Assembly: GCA_016839705.1 (NCBI GenBank)
Contig: JAEOTR010000062.1
Coordinates: 38,365-102,364, forward strand
Source: Promethearchaeota archaeon
GTDB taxonomy: Archaea > Asgardarchaeota > Lokiarchaeia > Sigyniarchaeales > SOKP01
Direction of reading: 5' to 3'
DNA length: 64,000 bases
The notes under the pieces are model-generated. The model had not been told where the DNA came from, did not search any database, and saw only the letters and a list, made by a program, of their open reading frames with translations. Within the stretch, counting starts at the first letter, position 1. Each line of letters starts with the position of its first letter. Below, piece after piece: positions 59,062-64,000 of the stretch. The translations under genes and the position numbers were made by a program.

Positions 59062-60576
59062 ATGATAGAAGAAATCGAAAAAATCCCTAATTCTTCCATA
59101 ATGAGAGAAGATTTAGATTTTAAATATTATGTGGCTGGAGCATGGAAAAAATCATCTTCGGGGAACACAATAAATATTAAAAATCCCTATGACAATGAGC
59201 TAGTAGGCTCTGTGCAAGCATGTTCCATTGAAGAAGCTAATCAGGCTATAATTGTTGCAAAAGAAAATCAAGAATGTTGGGAAGAAAAAACTCAGAGAGA
59301 ACGATCAGATATATTAAGAGCAGCTGCTCACTTGATGAGGGAATGGGCTAATCCCTTAGGGTATATTATGATGAAGGAAATTGGGAAGCCCCTAAAAAGT
59401 GCAGTGTCAGAAATAACTCGAACAGCCGAGTTATTTGAAGCCACAGCCGAAGCAGGATTGCAACAAGAAGGAGCAGCAATTTACGGAGATGCGTTTAAAG
59501 GTTTTAGTAAAGACAAGATGTCAATGACTTATAGAGTTCCTTTAGGAGTGATCCTATGCATTGGTCCCTTTAATTATCCGTTTAATCTTACGGGATCTAA
59601 AATAGCTCCTGCATTAATGGCAGGAAATACTGTTGTGGTCAAACCTCCTTCCCAAGGAGCAATTAGTCCCTTATTCTTTGGATTAATTTTAGAAAAAGCG
59701 GGAGTTCCTCCAGGAGTTTTTAATATAATCACAGGGAAGGGTTCTGAAATCGGAGACTATTTAGTACAACACCCCATGATCAACATGGTAAGTTTTACCG
59801 GTTCTTCGGAAACAGGCAAGCATCTTGCAAGCATTGTAGGAATGAAACCATTATTGCTAGAATTAGGTGGAAAGGATGCTGCTATCGTTTTAAATGATGC
59901 AGATTTAGAAAGAACAGTAGGTGCAATTGTCTCGGGAGCTTTTTCATATAGCGGACAAAGATGTACAGCTGTAAAAAGAGTTCTTCCAATGCCCAGAATT
60001 GCTGATAAATTAATAGAATTAGTAAAAACGAAAACGATGAATTTATCGATTGGAAATCCCGAAAAAAATGCCACTATCGGGCCTCTCATTAATTCAAAAC
60101 AATGTGATTATGTTCAAGGATTAATCGACGATGCCTTGGAAAAAGGTTGTACCTTACTATGTGGAAATAAAAGGGAAGGCAATATCATGTGGCCAACATT
60201 GTTGGATAACGTTACAACTGAAATGAGAATCGCGTGGGAAGAACCTTTTGGTCCTGTACTACCTTTTATAAGAGTTCACAGTGCCGAAGAAGCCATAGAA
60301 ATTTCGAACAACTCGGAATATGGACTTCAAGGTATGATTTTTACTGAAAACATCGATTTAGCTTTTAACATCGCACAAGAGTTAGACGTAGGAACCGTTC
60401 AAATAAACGGAAAAAGCGAAAGAGGTCCAGATCACTTCCCATTTTTGGGAACCAAATCTTCAGGCTTAGGAACACAAGGCATAAAATACTCAATTGAAGC
60501 AATGAGTAGGCCGAAAGTCACTGTAATGAATTTATCTGAAAAAGGAAGACTAGTAAAATTATGCAAATATGATTGA
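59062..60576 (+). CDS. gapN: NADP-dependent non-phosphorylating glyceraldehyde-3-phosphate dehydrogenase (ALDH family)
   Basis: PFNYPFNL, KPPSQG, LELGGKDAA, FSYSGQRCTAVKR, WEEPFGP, ERGPDHFPFLG. Confidence 0.85.
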   Translation: MIEEIEKIPNSSIMREDLDFKYYVAGAWKKSSSGNTINIKNPYDNELVGSVQACSIEEANQAIIVAKENQECWEEKTQRERSDILRAAAHLMREWANPLGYIMMKEIGKPLKSAVSEITRTAELFEATAEAGLQQEGAAIYGDAFKGFSKDKMSMTYRVPLGVILCIGPFNYPFNLTGSKIAPALMAGNTVVVKPPSQGAISPLFFGLILEKAGVPPGVFNIITGKGSEIGDYLVQHPMINMVSFTGSSETGKHLASIVGMKPLLLELGGKDAAIVLNDADLERTVGAIVSGAFSYSGQRCTAVKRVLPMPRIADKLIELVKTKTMNLSIGNPEKNATIGPLINSKQCDYVQGLIDDALEKGCTLLCGNKREGNIMWPTLLDNVTTEMRIAWEEPFGPVLPFIRVHSAEEAIEISNNSEYGLQGMIFTENIDLAFNIAQELDVGTVQINGKSERGPDHFPFLGTKSSGLGTQGIKYSIEAMSRPKVTVMNLSEKGRLVKLCKYD

Positions 60577-60726
60577 GGAATTTTTCTCTCAACGGTACTA
60601 TATTTTTTAACAAAATGGATACCCTATTATTTTGACTGAAAATTTAGTTTAAATATTATTTCATGATTTTAATTACATAATTAATTTTAGAAGAAAAGCG
60701 AATAATTTTTAAAAAAAGTGAAAAAG

Positions 60727-61398
60727 CTACTTCTTAAGAACTAATTTCATCCAACCATTTGTTAGTATCATATGAAAATTATTTTTGAATTTCGTATGTT
60801 CAAGAAGCTTCTTAACTTTAGTATTATATATTTCCCAATCAAAACCGTGGAATTTTTGGATACGTGTTAAAATTTGGTATTTAAAAAAGCCATACCTTCT
60901 TTTTAACTTGAGGACTTCCTCGTCGGGGGGATTAGAGCATCCATCATAAATCCATGCCTTTGTATTACTCTTCAAAACACGATAACATTCATCGAAAACC
61001 TTAATTGGTTGCTTCCAATGATGAAATGAACCTGTACTAACAATAAAGTCGATTGAATTATCTTTAAATGGAAGCCGAATAGCATTGGCTAATTTGAAAT
61101 TAACATTTTCAAACTCTTTTCCATTACCAGAAGAAATTTCAACCATTTTTTTGCTTAAATCAATCCCATATATTAGGAGTTTTGGGGCTCTTTTTGCTAT
61201 TTCTATTGATAAGAAGCCCGTACCTGAACCCACATCAATCAACACGCCTTCATCTATTGTCTGAACAATGTTCTGAGCAATTTCCATTTCTGATTTACTT
61301 AAAATCCTTTTCACAAAAGCGTTGTAAAAAATAGAACCTAGAGTTGGAATAGACTCTAATCTCACTTGCATATCTTTAATAAATTTCGCAATAACCAT
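60727..61398 (-). CDS. Class I SAM-dependent methyltransferase
   Basis: IDVGSGTG, GIDLS, LPFKDNSIDF, SFHHW. Confidence 0.9.
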   Translation of the reverse strand: MVIAKFIKDMQVRLESIPTLGSIFYNAFVKRILSKSEMEIAQNIVQTIDEGVLIDVGSGTGFLSIEIAKRAPKLLIYGIDLSKKMVEISSGNGKEFENVNFKLANAIRLPFKDNSIDFIVSTGSFHHWKQPIKVFDECYRVLKSNTKAWIYDGCSNPPDEEVLKLKRRYGFFKYQILTRIQKFHGFDWEIYNTKVKKLLEHTKFKNNFHMILTNGWMKLVLKK

Positions 61399-61551
61399 AT
61401 TATTTTAACTTTCTTAATAAAAACTTACCCTACCTTTAGGAATTTATGTTACGTATTGAGATAAACTAGTTTATTATAAAAATTTGATTCTAAAATAATT
61501 AAAACTATTCCGAGGGGTAAGATTTAAAAGAAATTTTATATTATATACAAC

Positions 61552-61571
61552 TAAGTATAATCTTATACTTA
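61552..61571. promoter_or_regulatory. Palindrome in divergent promoter region
   Basis: TAAGTATAA-tc-TTATACTTA. Confidence 0.4.
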
Positions 61572-61638
61572 CGGTTCTAAGGCGGAACCAAATTTATATA
61601 ACATTTTCAACGTCGTTAATTGCCTTAAAAATAAATAA

Positions 61639-62046
61639 GTGTCAAAAATGGCTAAACCAACTAAAGAAGATGCATCATTGGTACTCCAAATTTTTGCTAC
61701 AGCTATCGCAGATAAGGATTACCAGAAAGCAACGAACTGGTTTGCTTTCGAAGTGAATGAAACAAATTACGAGGATTACACAAAAAAGTATCCTATGGGA
61801 AGTGAAGGCTATAAGAATTTCATGAAGTTTGGTAATTATGGCGAACTTGTAGGTACACTTGTTAACCGTGAACTTATTAGTGAAGACCTTATATTTGAAA
61901 TGTGGGGCGATATGATGTGGGAAAAAGCTAAACCTATTGTGTATGGGTTGCGAAAAGACCTTGCAATGCCCCGATTCTTAGAAAATTATGAAGTCTGTGC
62001 CTTGAAATATCCAAAATGGGCCGAGAATAACCCTCCAAAAGTCTAA
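61639..62046 (+). CDS. DUF4760-like helical protein
   Basis: NYGELVGTLVNRELISEDLIF...WEKAKPIV..LR.....RFLENYE. Confidence 0.6.
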   Translation: MSKMAKPTKEDASLVLQIFATAIADKDYQKATNWFAFEVNETNYEDYTKKYPMGSEGYKNFMKFGNYGELVGTLVNRELISEDLIFEMWGDMMWEKAKPIVYGLRKDLAMPRFLENYEVCALKYPKWAENNPPKV

Positions 62047-62073
62047 AAAACCTAATTCTTTTTTTTTAAATTT

Positions 62074-63714
62074 TTACTCATATATCTTTCTACGTTTTAT
62101 AACTATAACTAGGATGACAACTATTCCTGCTGAGAGAGGTAAGATCACAATCATTGCAACAGTCAATGGATTTCCTCCATCAGTCAATTGTGTTCCTTCT
62201 AGTGCTGTCACAAATACGTTCATTTCGGTCTGATTCATTGTGGCTTGCAGACCCGCTTCGATCAAAACATCCTTTGATCTCCTTAAATAGGTATGAAACG
62301 ACTCTTGCATTCCCGTGCCACTTTTCGGCACATAATCGGGATCTAACGAAGAATAGGTGTCATAGTCCAGCATAGCAGTTGCCATGAGGACGTTCTTAGA
62401 TGCCCAATAGTCTAATGCCACAGGATCTTGGCTGGCACCGATGATGTCCGTAAAACTTGTGTAGACATAATTGCCCCAAGGCCCACGCTTCATAGAACTC
62501 TCCAAAGGATTGGCGTTGATCCAAATCATGTCAAGAATATTCAATATTGGGGCCCGTGTCTCTACCATTAGAGTTGCCATCCCGCCTTGTGCAATTGAAA
62601 AGTGCTCGTGTGGAGTAGAAGGGTGTACTGACGGCTCAACAGACCCCTGCGGTACTCCCATATAATGCTTGATACAACCAGTCACGCCATAAAACAAATG
62701 AGACTTAAGGACTGGAATATTGATGACCTTTAATCGATCCGAATCGAAACCAGTAGTATTGTCCCATACTCCCTCTTTGAAACTGATATATGTACCATAT
62801 TCAGTCGTGAACTTGGGATAAGACACATAAATCTCTGTAGCTGAGTTCCAAGTTGAGTTTCGAACATAACCATCTGTGAAATCACCGTCATCAAAATCAT
62901 CGACAGTTTTGCTCCGTATCGAGTCCCATAGAAATGTTGATACGTCATAATTGTCAAACGAATTAGCCACATCGGCATTTGACTGAGTGTGGTAAAACGA
63001 GTTTGCTTGAGCATAGTTCATGCTTCCCCTTCCTTGTCCGTTATCAGCGATAATTATCTCCCCAGTGAAACCATCACGATGACCTACTATCACATTAATC
63101 AGGCTTTTTACTAGGTCAGTATTTGTCCCACCATTATAAGGCCATTGGCCATTCACTTTTAGAATCACCACATCATTATGCCCTATTAATCCAGAACTTA
63201 TATTCGCATTCTTGTAGAAGTACAGATCTTGAGCTTCCATAAGTTCGATGAGGGATGAGACGGCTTGATCCATATTTCCTTCTTCCCCTGTAGCATTCTG
63301 AACAAAGAACAGATCTGATGGATCAGACGCGAGTGCAGTTTGTGGTGATAAAGTGAGAGGAACCCGAATTCTATTTTCGGAAAATGTATCAAGGCTGAGA
63401 TTAAATGGATCTCTCACAATAATGAAGGAACTGACTAACAATGTAGACAAGATAAGCATGGGTTTTACAAACTTCGTCGATGTTCGCAATGAGATGATGG
63501 TGGTTGGGATTGGAGCCAATAGAGCATAACGGAATATTTTTATGTTCGCGACTGCAACCTGTTGACAGGGGTATACAATTCTTGTGGGTTTCTTACCTGT
63601 TCTGAGCATTAACCAAATAGCACTCAACACCGCTATAAAGCCAAGTTTCCACAGACCTCTGCTCTGCGTTTTATGTTTCTTCAATGAATGGGGACAATCT
63701 TTATTAGCAGGCAT
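62074..63714 (-). CDS. DUF362-domain protein with N- and C-terminal membrane segments
   Basis: VILKVN, GTNTD, INIPVLKSH, VTGCIKHYMG, SQDPVALD; RTGKKPTRIVYPCQQ N-terminal motif. Confidence 0.75.
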   Translation of the reverse strand: MPANKDCPHSLKKHKTQSRGLWKLGFIAVLSAIWLMLRTGKKPTRIVYPCQQVAVANIKIFRYALLAPIPTTIISLRTSTKFVKPMLILSTLLVSSFIIVRDPFNLSLDTFSENRIRVPLTLSPQTALASDPSDLFFVQNATGEEGNMDQAVSSLIELMEAQDLYFYKNANISSGLIGHNDVVILKVNGQWPYNGGTNTDLVKSLINVIVGHRDGFTGEIIIADNGQGRGSMNYAQANSFYHTQSNADVANSFDNYDVSTFLWDSIRSKTVDDFDDGDFTDGYVRNSTWNSATEIYVSYPKFTTEYGTYISFKEGVWDNTTGFDSDRLKVINIPVLKSHLFYGVTGCIKHYMGVPQGSVEPSVHPSTPHEHFSIAQGGMATLMVETRAPILNILDMIWINANPLESSMKRGPWGNYVYTSFTDIIGASQDPVALDYWASKNVLMATAMLDYDTYSSLDPDYVPKSGTGMQESFHTYLRRSKDVLIEAGLQATMNQTEMNVFVTALEGTQLTDGGNPLTVAMIVILPLSAGIVVILVIVIKRRKIYE

Positions 63715-63894
63715 ATCTTTAAGTCTCTATTCTTGCTAAAATCGGTACAGATATTAATATTTTCTTTTTTTCTCGCAAATTAAATGTGGCAATTTATGTA
63801 TATGTATTTATTATATTTTTTTTCTTATTCTCTTTATTATAAAACTTGAGTGCCAAATCTCACCATGGTACGTGCCACACAAACCCTTATTCTA

Positions 63895-64000
63895 TTAGCC
63901 GAGCGATGCACAGATAAATAGAGCCGCGCATGATGCCAGTAACCAACCGGTACTAGCCTTTTCAAGCGTTTTTCTCCCGAATTTGGCATATATGAACCAA
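63895..64000 (-). CDS. Possible 3' end of a membrane protein gene starting outside the window
   Basis: Frame reads WFIYAKFGRKTLEKASTGWLLASCAALFICASLG*; less AT-rich than the intergenic DNA. Confidence 0.3.
   Translation of the reverse strand, partial: WFIYAKFGRKTLEKASTGWLLASCAALFICASLG

Overview
AT-rich, gene-dense chromosomal window that is very probably from an Asgard archaeon of the Lokiarchaeia type. This is inferred from three Rab-like small GTPases, roadblock, longin and uDENN-like proteins, TPR and NosD-type proteins, repeated beta-oxidation enzymes, and archaeal TATA and T-tract signals. I see no rRNA, tRNA, CRISPR array, integrase or transposase. About 60 CDS can be supported, several of them missed by the ORF track. 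Main leads: (1) an ~8 kb island at 33967-42147 with a Stay-green (Mg-dechelatase) homolog, heliorhodopsin, a TspO-like protein, an MFS exporter, an aldo-keto reductase and a Rieske oxygenase, which may handle light sensing and chlorophyll/tetrapyrrole breakdown; (2) an unannotated 34-aa (KKKAAP)n microprotein resembling a histone H1 tail; (3) unannotated acidic Trp/Tyr microproteins, one with WASP-like DDEWD motifs; (4) a roadblock / wHTH-roadblock / Rab-like GTPase module with helically phased operator-like repeats; (5) unusual fusions (multi-TM-longin, NosD-TM-ABC ATPase, TM-wHTH-CDF) and a Rab-like pseudo-GTPase. All family assignments come from recognising motifs by eye; no searches were run.
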